Shown here piece after piece: positions 37,789 to 50,100 of a stretch of 64,000 nucleotides of DNA; within the stretch, counting starts at the first letter, position 1, and every line of letters begins with the position of its first letter. The position numbers and the translations under genes were made by a program. The notes under the pieces are model-generated. The model had not been told where the DNA came from. It did no database searches and saw nothing but the letters and a program-made list of their open reading frames with translations. The DNA is from Pseudogymnoascus verrucosus (lineage: Eukaryota): NCBI GenBank assembly GCA_001662655.1, contig KV460225.1, one strand, 5' to 3'.

Positions 37789-38802
37789 GCACCTCGAACA
37801 ATCTTTGGGGCCGTATAGACTGTTCCAAGGTTCCGCGGATTCCCGGCCACAGCCTGTTATAGTTGCCAAACTAGGAATTATACATGTCCTTCAAAAGTAC
37901 TGTGTAGTTTCGCCGAGTAGGAAAAGGCTTATTTATTCGGACACCCCGATGATATTTATGAGTCAGATTATCAACTCGGGGTTATCATCCCCGAAAATAT
38001 CGTCATCCGCTCGGTGTAGCTTGCTGAGCCACCGACCGACCTGTCCCTTATGAAATCAGCATGTTGCTCTTAACCAGTAGAGGGTGATTACTTGCAAGAG
38101 ACCATTTGTTGCAAGTCCAGATTTCGGTTACAGAGTGAAGTGTGACCTACCAGTTAACTATTATGATCAATCTATTTTCTATACACAAAATGCTGGCATA
38201 GACTTATTCTTCGGCCAGGAATATCTGGCGTCAGTTTAGACTCGATTTCAGACAAAGAACTACAGATACTTAACACAACGGTGAAATGATGTCGTGCGAC
38301 CCCCATCTACAGCTCATGCGCCGATAAGGTATTCCACGCGAGTTGAATGCTGCCATCTTCTGACTGAGTTAAACCTAGCGTGAGTGTAACTAGCCATGCA
38401 CCATGCATTGTGACACGGAACGTTGCTCAGCTGAAGGCTCAGCTGAGTATCTATCCTAAGACACTGAGTCTATGTTTCCAGTCCGGATCTCACACGTGGG
38501 GCATAACACCGTTGGAATTCTTCAGCTCGGAAGCGACCGTAAGACATTTTTGCACCTCCTTTCGCCGTTGAACTATGTAAGATCTAGCTTGCAAATATGC
38601 ACATCGTATAAGTTACAAGCTCGAGCTCAGGTCATTGTTGAATCCATTTCAACCCAACTCGTAACCTAGTTGCCTCCCTAGCTGAGATAGTCGTCTTGTC
38701 AGAACTTTGAATTGTCTATGGTAGGACACTGCGCAGTGTCGACTGTGTGCTGTCTGTATAACTATACGGGGCTCCGCCCTCGGTGCGATCCAACGAAACG
38801 CA

Positions 38803-40350
38803 ATGTTGGACTTAGAATCCGACACCCAAGTTGATCAGACGCGTAAGCAGGTATCGTCGCGGTCAAAGCTTCGCGACAGCTGCCATGCCTGTGCCATTTC
38901 CAAGGTTAAATGTCCCAAAGAAAAACCATCATGTTCAAAATGCGAATGCCGTGGCATCACATGCCAGTACTTCTTGGCTAAACGTCCTGGTCGCAGGCGT
39001 GAGAACAACACAGTCAACGGCACAGGGAGCAACACAAGTCGATGCCAGTCCAGCAAAAGTCTTGCAACAAGCTCCAACTCCAGCTCCAGCTCCAATTCCA
39101 ACTCTAACCCCAATACCAAATCCAATACCGACAGCAGCCGGTCTATGGAGTGGGAGGCACCTCTAGATATGCAACCCACTCCCGGAACCGGCTTGCTATC
39201 AAAAGGAGGCACAATAATTCCAACCAATTCGTATGGCACCGATGGCTACCTTATGACACCTTTAAGCCTAAGCGTCCCGGCATCTCCAAGACAAGACAAT
39301 ATGTTTTCAACAAATGCAGCACAATTTTCTGTACCTGGCGAGGTCGGCATGTTCTCTGGTCTAGTAGATTTTGGATCTGAGGTCAACGACATGGATTTCA
39401 TCATGTCGGCCATGGATTCTCCGTTTGACCTGCTTGGAATGGAGTGCGGTGGCATCACTGGTAGCATCACGCAAACACCAAATGATATTGAGTCGCTCCT
39501 CATGCCAACCGAGAGAGTCGATTTTGACCATGCTTCATTGGATACGCCATCCTCACTTGATTTATTGAGCACATCGAGCGCGGCGTCATCAACCGCCTCC
39601 AATATCCATTCGCTGCCGACTGGGATGACGAGTATATCGGATATCATCGAAACCTCACCGTGTGGATGTCTGATGCAAGCACTAGATCTCTTGAAGAAGC
39701 TTTCCACTAGCTCAACCTCTTCCCGCACGGCATTTCCCAGTCTGGATGCCACGGACATGCCAAGAACTGTTAATGCTAGTTCAGCGCAGACTGTCGTCTT
39801 CGAAAATAAGCAAGGCATGGAAGCTGTCAGTAGCAAGCTTGCATGCTCGTCGTGCGTTGACGATGGCTTCTTGCTAACAGTCATCTCCATGATCGTGCTG
39901 AAAATATTAGAACGATATGCCACTGTGGCGCAGGCACAGCCGCGCAAGACTGGAAAAAGCGAGCCGGAAACTGACAATCCAGTGAGGCTATCGATCAGCA
40001 CTACTTCTGGTAGCGATGACTGGATGAGAGCGCCAAATCATGTCCTTAATGGATCGTATGACGACGGAGGAAGCGAGCGCGTGGCCGCTCAGCTTGTTCT
40101 CAGCGAGCTGCATCGCGTGCAGAGGTTAGTGAACCAGCTGTCACCGAAACTCAAAGGGCCAAAGGAGAGAGAAGGTCAAAATATAGCCCCGAAGATGAGG
40201 TACTGGGGCCGTCCTAGGGCTGCAGGAGATGGTGACAGAATGACGTTGACTTCTATCTTGGCTGGCACCTTGGACCAAATGGAGAGGGATGTTCGCAAAA
40301 GCTTGAGTACTCTGTCAGCAGAGATAATCAACGGGCTACGGCAAGTTTAA
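38803..40350 (+). CDS. AflR/MdpE-like Zn2Cys6 cluster regulator
   Basis: KLRDSCHACAISKVKCPKEKPSCSKCECRGITCQY; AflR-type C-terminus AAQLVLSELHRVQRLV. Confidence 0.9.
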   Translation: MLDLESDTQVDQTRKQVSSRSKLRDSCHACAISKVKCPKEKPSCSKCECRGITCQYFLAKRPGRRRENNTVNGTGSNTSRCQSSKSLATSSNSSSSSNSNSNPNTKSNTDSSRSMEWEAPLDMQPTPGTGLLSKGGTIIPTNSYGTDGYLMTPLSLSVPASPRQDNMFSTNAAQFSVPGEVGMFSGLVDFGSEVNDMDFIMSAMDSPFDLLGMECGGITGSITQTPNDIESLLMPTERVDFDHASLDTPSSLDLLSTSSAASSTASNIHSLPTGMTSISDIIETSPCGCLMQALDLLKKLSTSSTSSRTAFPSLDATDMPRTVNASSAQTVVFENKQGMEAVSSKLACSSCVDDGFLLTVISMIVLKILERYATVAQAQPRKTGKSEPETDNPVRLSISTTSGSDDWMRAPNHVLNGSYDDGGSERVAAQLVLSELHRVQRLVNQLSPKLKGPKEREGQNIAPKMRYWGRPRAAGDGDRMTLTSILAGTLDQMERDVRKSLSTLSAEIINGLRQV

Positions 40351-41822
40351 ATTAGTACGTGCCGGACATATGATGGTTATTTGGATTGAAACCCCGTACA
40401 TTCTCCACCTAAGGGGTGAGTCAATAGACAGACTCAAGGTGGAGCTACAGAAACGGGCATAGTATATAGCTTAATAGACATTTGGCATTATAATTCTAAA
40501 CTATAGGTCTACAGCCAAAACTCCCCTATACGCATTCTATCTATCAATATGCTATTCCAAGTTATTATACCCGCCAAACAAATTATATGCCTGAAGTTCA
40601 CGTGGACGTAAGCACGACATACTTCACAGGCATATGATTCCATTTAAGAGGATATGCTCATAATGTGGCTTGGTGGCTTGGCGGGAACTGCCATGGCTCC
40701 AACCCGACCTTCTATAAAATGGAGTGCCATACGAGCATGGCAATCTTACCGCTGGTCACAAGAAACGGGCCAGTAGTAAGTGGTCAGGTGGCTATGTGCT
40801 ATCTGTATTGAGTCTTGACAAGGTAGCATCAGCCAAATGCTTCTGCCATGCCATCGTCGGCGATCACTTCTACATCCGGGATACGACTGTTGAATACGCT
40901 ATATTTGTGGAGCTATACGAGGCGATGGATGAGGTGGGTAAGACACAGTGTTCTAGTTCGTTGGTGGATATTTATTATTCTAGAACGGCCTTCCTTATCA
41001 GTGTACCATTTTAAAGGAGGGTGTCACAGCAGTTGCTGAAATTCAATCGCTGTTGTACAACAGTGGCAAACTTTCGGTATTCAGAGGCACACTCGCACCT
41101 GCTTACGTAGATTACGTGTCTCGTAACAAACTTCCCAGGGATTTTCTTATTTAAAGATAATAAGTATAATTCAATTTGATTCTCACGGTTGAAATCAGCG
41201 TGCTCGGCGCTAATTAGGACATCTAGCAACCCCTTGAAGCTGACGACTACCTCACCGACCCTGACGAATTCCCCAACCCAGCATATCGTCATCCTAGCCC
41301 AAATTAACACAATCCATTCGGACCATCGGAAAACAGATAACTAACATGCTTCAACTCGTGTCAGCAAAATTCTTGCCCCCACCGACTAAATGTTCCTTGT
41401 ACCACGGGCCATGTTTCATACGGTTGAAATCTTCAATACTTTGGAATGCCGCCTAGCTGAAATAGTCAAAGTCTGCAGTATCGGCCATCTGATGATCAAA
41501 TAGTTGGTTCATCAAATTACGAGTGTTGCTTTAATTACCAATCTAAATACTATACTAACTAAAAGGCAAGAGTAGGTGTGCTACTTGGGAAGAAAACAAT
41601 GAGTGGTTGCATGCTAGGAAAAACTCGCTGAACTGGGTCTAAGTCTTTACACCATACTTTACCATAAAGCCCCGAAGGGCAATTAGCACCCAAGCCGCAT
41701 GTAATACGTCAGGAGCCCAGAAGCATTATATGTTAACAATTTTGAACTTACGATATATATGGCGTCAATTCGCGGTAGAAGAAAAGTTCTCGGCTGGTGT
41801 TTTAAACCTCCAATAAAACACC

Positions 41823-42390
41823 ATGCGCACCTAACTTGATACTAAACCATTACCAGTAAGGGTCGACGTGCCAGCCATAGCTGTTATTTTGGGGTCCTTT
41901 CTATCAGGTTATGTCAATCTCCTCTATACGCAATCTGGACCTTGTCTAACTATTAGACTCAGGCGCTATGACGAGCCTTTCGGCATTTGCCGTCCCTGTA
42001 TTTATAGATACTAACACCGAATAATTGCTCCGGCAATGGATTCAGCCCTACCGTTACGGCCACATGTACATACCCACATTTCGTATTGTGACGTTGGGGC
42101 TATGCGTATGCATCCTTAAGCGGAAGAGGCTCGAGCCACAAGCAATGGTACCAATATGGCGTGGCAGCCACATTGTCAATTTCTATGGTGCCATTCACCT
42201 AGCTTGCCGTGGCGGAAACGAATCATACCTTATTCCAGATGGGGTCGAGAAATTTGGCGACAGAGCTAACCTTTGCGAAAGCTCTAGTTTTGAAGTGAGC
42301 GTGGTTGCATGTTATGCAGTCTCTGTTTCCCATATTCGGAGCAATCACAGGCTTCGTCAGCCTTCTGCAGGAAATACGGTAGCAACGTGA
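41823..42390 (+). pseudogene. Anthrone oxygenase (DUF1772, EncC/MdpH-type) pseudogene
   Basis: AVILGSFLSG|AMTSLSAFAVPVFIDT..LLRQW...Y.YGH...MVPFT*L remains recognisable. It has a TAA at 42022, a TAG where W is expected (~42200) and a frameshift near 42100. Confidence 0.75.
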
Positions 42391-43250
42391 CAATTATACC
42401 GTCGAGTCTTCGTATATTCAATAGCCCGTATAGTTAGCATAGTGGCAATTCAGTATGTTTCGTTATCATTTGGGGCCCGTAAATCAATCCACCTCCACTA
42501 GCTCCGACTATCCAAGTGCTGTAAAACTCGCCGGAAGAATCTTACATGTAAACAGAGCAGGTAATCACAACTAATGTGTATATTGGCGTAATATATTCCA
42601 ATACGATAAGACGGATTCGGCGTAAAAAGGCTGACCTGCTGGAACGGGGGATTGGAAGTTGCCGTGGTGGTATTGATTATTGACCCGGCATTACACCGTT
42701 AATTCCCCACTATTTAAAGTGTCACGAAGGCGCCGCTAGCTCCGGGAGATCGTACCGCTAAGCCTTTAAAAAGCCTTCGGTTGTACTGTACTAGTTAAGC
42801 TACGGTAGGGTACTACGCGGTTGAAAGCAATAAGTGGCACGGGTCTTGGCACATTTCTGGTATATTTCTGGCAGTAAACCGTGCCACTTTTTTCTTCACC
42901 CGCGTAGGTACGTACTAGACCTGTTGAAGAACGAAGATGAGACCTTTCTTGTTGTTTGGCGCGATGATCCCCCGTAGACCACAGCCACCGCCACTGCCTT
43001 ATCTAGCTCGGAAGGTAACCCCAGTTGATGGGCGATAAAATATTGGTATGATACGTTATTTAGCCAAGCCGCCAGGTAACAACGGGAAATATCCGTTATT
43101 GTGCGTCCCGGGGCGTTCTGCAACCCCACCGGTCATTCCAGTTTTCCAAGATTCGTACAATTTGAGGGAATGTAGTCCCTATCTCTACCGTGGCCCTCGG
43201 ACGCAGGATTTTGTCTCCTTTGATTTATACAAAACAATTCTAGCTTTATT

Positions 43251-44721
43251 ATGGATAGATTGACGGAACTCAATGGTCATAGCGATCAGCTCGCCCAAGC
43301 TATCAGGAGCCTCGTCGATAGCCGTCGAGGAGCCGATTCTTCTGACCAGCTGGGGCCAAGTGCTGACACTGATGTAGACAGAGATCAATCTTTATTCACA
43401 AGAGCCAAGTCAAATATTCTGGCCAGTATTGCAGCAATCAAGTCCATAGTTGGTGAACCAGCAGACTTCCTCCAGGATTTTTCTCGCCAGGTAAGCGGAA
43501 CTTCTCATCATTTGCTCCCCTGCCCTTTCTATTTTTCTCATCTCAACTTACATAATCCAGATCGAAATCCTTGCTTGTCTTCGGTGGCTAGCGGAATTCC
43601 AAGTTTTTGCGTGCATCCCGTTTGACGAAAGCTTGCCTATCAAGGATTTGGCGGACCTAGTAGGAGTTCCCGAGAGCCAGTTGGTTCGTGTCATCCGTCT
43701 GACTGCCACATGCGGATTTCTGCGGGAACCGATACTAGGCTTTGTGTCCCACAGCCCCCTCTCGGCGCAATTCATATCCAACCAGTCATTAGTTGACGCT
43801 ATGGTGTTTATTGCCGAGTTGGCTACTCCCACAGCATTGCAGATGCCGCAAGCAACGCAGCGATTTGGAGCCTCGTCGAGTGCCACCGAGAGCGCATACA
43901 ACTTAGCTCTCAATACGGTGCGGCCGTTTCATGTGGCTATCCAAGAACGCTCTAAGCTGCGTCGTCAATGGTCAGCTTACCTTTGCCATGCAGCAGGGTT
44001 GCACCAGGAGGAAGAAATCATCGAAGTGTTATCGCGGCTCAACTGGTCTAACCTTGGTAATGCGTGCATAGTCGAGGTAAGCTAAATGTAATCTATTCGT
44101 GTATCGTACCAAACTAACATTGGGCGGCAGGTAGGGGCAAAGTCGACCTCGATGGCAAGCTCTCTTTCCAAAATGTTTCCAAGCTTGCGGTTGGTCGTGC
44201 AAATCGACAATACACAATCTTCTTTGCTAGATCGAGACTACATGTGGCAAAATGCAGTTCTGGCAAGCTCAATCCGGGACAGCTCTAGCTCTGGATCTAG
44301 CCCTTCTCCCACAAACCCTTTTATCACGGTTACCTATCATGCCATGGGCATGCCGCAGTCTGTGACAGATGCTGCCGTTTATATTATTCACGTGCCTGCC
44401 ACATCCTCAGGATTGACGATTAAAGCAGAACTGGATGATTACTTAGGTGTGCTTCGTACCAGCGGGGGCATCATGCTTATCTTGACGACACGACTGCTTC
44501 CCGAGCCAGGCACTCTTCCCAACCCAGAGATCGAGGCCGTGGCGCGCGCACGGGATCTGAGCATGCTCCAACTGGCCAACGAGAGCGAGATGGAGATGTC
44601 CGAGCTTCTGAGTATAATAAAGACGGTGGGGGACAACGCTGGGAAACTCGTTGTCACTAATCACCTTCGCTCAAACAATGGCGTCATCCTAGCTTTAACT
44701 ATCAAGTACCAAGCATATTAA
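43251..44721 (+). CDS. AflJ/MdpA-like coactivator (O-methyltransferase-like fold)
   Basis: ILACLRWLAEFQVFACIP, RLTATCGFLREP, LNWSNLGNACIVEV|GA and ARARDLSMLQLANE; two introns. Confidence 0.85.
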
Positions 44722-45282
44722 TTTCGGGCTATTTGAGTGCATAGTTACTTAGATGGGCATAAAATGACATGGAGCACAGGGAACCGCAGTGGTAGCTTAT
44801 TAAGATTCGTTTTAATTCAAGTGACAATTAATCCAATATGAGAACTACATGCACCTCTAGATCTAACCTGTAGTGCGGGCGGCTGTTATCTTTGAAAACT
44901 ATGCAAATCATCGTAATAATAGAGTAGTTCACTAGGCTAGTTCCCAAGTCCACATTTAACTTAGTTCATCTTAACTAGAAAATAAAAATGGACCGCAAGC
45001 AGTTGTTGCCATTGGTCCACAAACCACTCGAGTGAGTAATCCGCGAGGTGCGCGTTCTCCCCGAAGGCAACGTCCCATTGTCCCATTGTTCCATTGTTCC
45101 GAACTTGCTATAGTTTAGAACCTACTATGGGTTGGTAGGGGCTACGTATTGTGCGAGTGATAATGTGAAGTTAAGTAAAGAGGCTCCATTTAACTCTATT
45201 GCTTCTCGTAATATTATTTTCTATCGATTCTGCCATGCTATAAATTATCATATGAGTGCTTTAGAATATTGATTTCCATGAT

Positions 45283-46352
45283 TTAAACTTGAATAGTTAC
45301 GGCCAGTGGATTTTTCAGAGCCATAAACCGCTGCGTGGTTGTCTCCTCCATTTCCTCCACAGAGAACCACTTCTTCTTGCCTCTCCTCATTTCGAATGCA
45401 ACCTTACAGTCATTCGCTAGTTTCCGTAGCACTTCGTCGATAAATGGCTCCAATGCGAGTATCCTCGTATCTTCGTCAAGCGACTCGCCGTAGATCTCTG
45501 TTACCAAGTCTTTGGTGGTGACGCTCTTCTCGCCGCGGCTACGGACTCTGCCAAGCGCATTCATAACTTGCTTCTCGCGCCGCAACTTGTTATCTAATTC
45601 CCCGGTAATTTTGGCTGGCAAGTCGGTGACTGTGGCGCCATGAGCAGAATAACCGATATGGCAATCCTGGGCAGCCATCTTCTGTAGGCTGGCCATGAAC
45701 GTGCCGAGGTCTTCTACAGCACTGGTACCGTGGCCAAGGATATTGTCACCGGTAAACATTGCCTGCTCCTCTTCTAAGATAAAACACATGTGATCTTCTG
45801 AATGTCCAGGCACATGAATAGCACGGATTGTTGCGCCGTCAACAGAAAATATCTGTCCGTGGGTGATGTTCTGTTGGCTTTGGTCCGGTTCGTTCTTGTA
45901 GATGGAATTCGTGAGATGTGGGTATAGGCGCAGAAGAGCTGGAACTCCGCCGGTATGGTCACCGTGCCAATGGGTCAGCAGAACATATGAGAGGCTGATG
46001 TTCATTGATATAAATGTTGAGTCAATCAGTTTGGCCCATGCTGGCTCGCCCCCACCGGTATCAATGATGAGGCGTCGTTGGCCAGTGCCGACGATGTATG
46101 TGTTTGTCCCTTGATGCGTAAACTGCACGAAAGTATTAGCTGCCAATAATATATTAGAGATAGGGGCCAGATCCGGGGATGACCATTTACCTTTCCAGGG
46201 TTCTGGCCAAGAACGCGAAGCACTCTTGGAGTAAGCTGTTCAATACTCTCGATATGCGGCAGTCGTGCGGTCTGACCTTTAAGATACTCATCAAAGGCAC
46301 AGATGTTCAACGACTTATTGATCTGCCTATATCCGCCCTTGTCGTTCTCCAT
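45283..46352 (-). CDS. Metallo-beta-lactamase-type thioesterase (MdpF/atrochrysone carboxyl-ACP thioesterase-like)
   Basis: RVLGQNPGK|FTHQGTNTY, THWHGDHTGG, PGHSEDH and FTGDNILG; divergent from the PKS. Confidence 0.92.
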
Positions 46353-46550
46353 GGCGAAAGTATAAATGCTTTCTAAGAATATATTATGAATGTGAAAACA
46401 GCTTTAGGTTGACATTAAGAGTGATACATATATTGTTTTCCCTTCATAACGGATCATGACTTCATAAAATGCCAAGAATAGCTCGGAGGCACTAGGGTGC
46501 TTGTTCTGATAAGGGGACAATGGGCATTGTGCCGAGGGGACCTTTCAGGC

Positions 46551-46561
46551 TCGGAGCCCGA
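46551..46561. promoter_or_regulatory. AflR-type binding site TCG-N5-CGA
   Basis: TCGGAGCCCGA in the divergent thioesterase/PKS promoter. Confidence 0.55.
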
Positions 46562-47182
46562 TCATGCATCGCATTATGACTCCATATCAATTTTGAGACG
46601 TAATAGACGTTTCTAGCCCTTCACATGCAAGAAAAATTATAAATATAGCATATCTAGGATTCTCGGACAGTAATTGTCGGGATGAACTACGGGCATTTCT
46701 TTTCGACGGGTGAATAACGGAGTGTGGCTGGTTTGGTTTGACTCGAGGCCAAGCAATAAATGTGGCGAAAGGTAGGTACGTATGAGACCTCATTCAACCA
46801 ATCCGGTAGTAACACCGCCAACAACAACGACGACGACAGCGGCAACAGCAACAGCAACGTTGCCATGTGAGGTAATAATAGCGAAGTGGAGATGACCCGG
46901 TGCGATGTAGGTAGTAAGTAGTTCCTATGTTGGATCAATCGTCCGATCCGGCTGCGGGACTGTGGTGCGGCCTAGAACCACGTTTTATACAAAATGGTTG
47001 GACGCGCTATGGCAGAGCGATTGTTTCGATGTTTTCAGTATTGTCAGTTATATCTGTTATAATAGGCTCTCGATCTCCAGAAGACACTCTTGGTTATATC
47101 TGGACATCGACAGAGTGTCTCCTATTATCCATTTTTACCCCTCTCCTTCCACCCGCCGTTCACTACCCATCCATCCACCTTA

Positions 47183-50100
47183 ATGTCCGTACATACCCCA
47201 ACCACGGATTCGGAATCCTACGAGGGTTTTCGCAAGATGGAGATTGTCTATTTTAGCAACGACTTCCCTAAAGATGACTTGGTTGACGTTTTTCGCCGCC
47301 TACACAACCATAGCAAGGACAAGCATTTCCCTGTCTTGGCCCAATTCATACGTGAGGCCACCTGGGCTATCAAGGACGAAGTTCGCCAACTACCAACTGA
47401 GCTCAAACAACTGATTCCGCCATTCAATACTCTATTGGCTTGGGCGGAAAACAGCCAGCTTCGGGAAGGCCTAATCTGTGGGGCTGTGGATGGAGTGTTG
47501 CTCGTCGTCGCTCAGCTAGCAACTTACATTGGGTGAGTGATTTCATATGTTGAATGCACTAGAATTAAATAGTTAACCCTCGTTGTTAGATATGTCGAGA
47601 GTCGCTCTGGAGATTTGTTTGACTTTTCAATTACATCTCTTGCTGGCCTAGGCACTGGCCTACTATCGTCGAGTGCCGTCTCATTGTCGCAAACATTGGC
47701 CGACTTGCCACTGGCAGGCGCAGATGCAGCCCGTCTCGCCTTCCGCCTGGGCATTCATGTCTTAGACATGTCGGAGAACCTGGAAGCTCGTGATTTATCA
47801 GAAAGCCCAGATTCGTGGGCGTACGTGGTTCACAATGTTGACCCGACTACGGCCTACAAGGAGCTAGATGACATGCATTCTCGAATGGAGATACCCAATA
47901 CTGGCAAAATATTTATCAGCGCTGTTAGCCGGACATCAGTCACAGTTAGCGGACCACCATCGAGGTTAAAAGCGTTGTTTAATAAGTCAGAGTTATTCCG
48001 CGAGTCGAAGGTCGTTGAGCTGCCAGTGTACGGCGGCCTCTGCCACGCGCCGCATATCTTCGGTCTGGACCATGTACATAGTATCGTTCACGGCTGTTCA
48101 TTAAACGCCGCTATCACAAATTCTCCGCCAGTTATTCCAGTTTTATCGACCAGCAGCGGTTTGCCATATCTGGCCAAGAGTTCCATGGAGATGTTTGAAT
48201 GCGTCGTCTCAGAGCTGCTCACGCAAACAATCTATTGGGATAATGTTGTCAGTGGCATAGTCGAACGAGCCAAGTCTAACGTTACCGCGGAAGCAGTGCT
48301 TCACTGCTTCGGCAACTCCACTCCCCTTAACGACCTCAATATGACCCTGAAGAGCAATGTTCCAGATCTCGACGTCTCGATCAACAGTCTTATGTCATGG
48401 ATCTCTCAGGTTTCACCAAGAGATACTACACCCCACGGCACTGCACAGTCTAAGCTGGCCATTGTCGGTATGGCCTGCAGATTTCCAGGAGGTGCCACAA
48501 ATACTGAGAAGTTTTGGGAGATCCTAGAGCAAGGCCTTGATGTCTCACGTCGAGTTCCAGCTGACCGCTTTGACATCGACACACACTACGACCCAACCGG
48601 CAAGCAGCAGAATAAGACCATGACACAGTTTGGCTGCTTTATTGATGAGCCTGGTTTGTTTGATGCGCCTTTCTTCAACATGTCTCCTCGTGAATCTCAG
48701 GCCGTCGATCCGCAGATGCGTTTGGCTCTTGTAACGGCATACGAGGCACTGGAGCAAGCTGGGTACGTCGGTAATCGCACAGCTGCTACACAGTTGCAAC
48801 GCATTGGAACATATTATGGACAAGCCGCCGACGACTACCGTGAGGTTAACCAAGGCCAGGATGTAGGCACATACTATATTCCAGGCGGTTGCCGTGCGTT
48901 CGGCCCCGGTCGTATCAATTACTTTTTTAAATTTGCGGGTCCAAGCTACAGCATTGATACTGCTTGCTCTTCCGGACTTGCAGCGATCGAGGTCGCTTGT
49001 CAGGCTCTTTGGAACGGCGATGTAGATATGGCTGTCACGGGCGGTGTTAATGTGCTAACTAACCCGGATGTTTTCGCTGGCCTTTGCAAGAGCCATTTCC
49101 TAACTAAAGGTCACAACGCATGCAAGACCTGGGATTCTACCGCTGACGGGTACTGTCGTGCAGACGGCGTTGGGTCTGTTGTTATTAAAAAACTCGAAGA
49201 TGCTGAAGCAGACAACGACAACATCTTGGGCGTCATTCTCGGTGCGGGAACCAACCATTCTGCCGAGGCCGTCTCTATTACTCACCCTCATGCCGGCCAT
49301 CAGGCGTATCTGTCTCGTCAGGTGCTTCGCCAGGCCGGCGTGGATCCATTGGATGTTTCCTATATTGAGCTCCATGGCACTGGTACTCAAGCTGGTGACC
49401 ACGAGGAGATGCAAGGCATAATGGAAGTGTATGCTCCGCTCATCAAGCGACGTAGGAAGGACCAGCCCCTACACATTGGTGCTGTAAAAGCAAACGTTGG
49501 CCATGGTGAATCTGTTGCTGGCACAACGGCATTGATCAAGGTGCTTATCATGCTCCAAAAAAAATCTATCCCGCCACATATCGGAATCAAAACGGAGATG
49601 AACCCCAGATTCCCCCGAGACTTCGACAAACGCAACCTCCACATCGACTTGGAAATGACACCCTGGCCGCAAACATCGTCTAAGAAGCGACTTGCAGTTG
49701 TTAATAACTTTGGTGCCGCTGGCGGGAACACGACTATGGTTTTAGAGGAGGCACCAACTCGAGACATATCCGAGGCCGATCCACGCAATACTCATATCAT
49801 CGCCATATCCGCCAAGACTAAAGGGTCATTAACAGGAAATATTGAGCGCCTGATCGCCCACCTTGATGCGAATCCAGATATCAACCTTGCCGACCTTTCC
49901 TACACAACGACTGCACGTCGCTCCCATCACAGCCATCGTGTAGCAATTGCCACTTCTGATATAGGCCACCTAAAGAAGCAGCTTACTTCCCGCCTAGAAA
50001 ATATCGATTCAATGAAGCCTATTGGAAATTCTGGTAGTCCACCAGTAGCTTTCGCCTTTACTGGCCAGGGCTCTTCTTATAAATCGATGAACCTTGAGTT

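Noticed and set aside
36229..38779. Shared 12-mer GGGGCTCCGCCC upstream of two transcription factor genes
   Set aside because: Only two GC-box-like copies; chance cannot be excluded and no boundary evidence accompanies them.
40724..41310. Short ORFs inside the PKS cluster
   Set aside because: No recognisable family motif and non-ATG starts.
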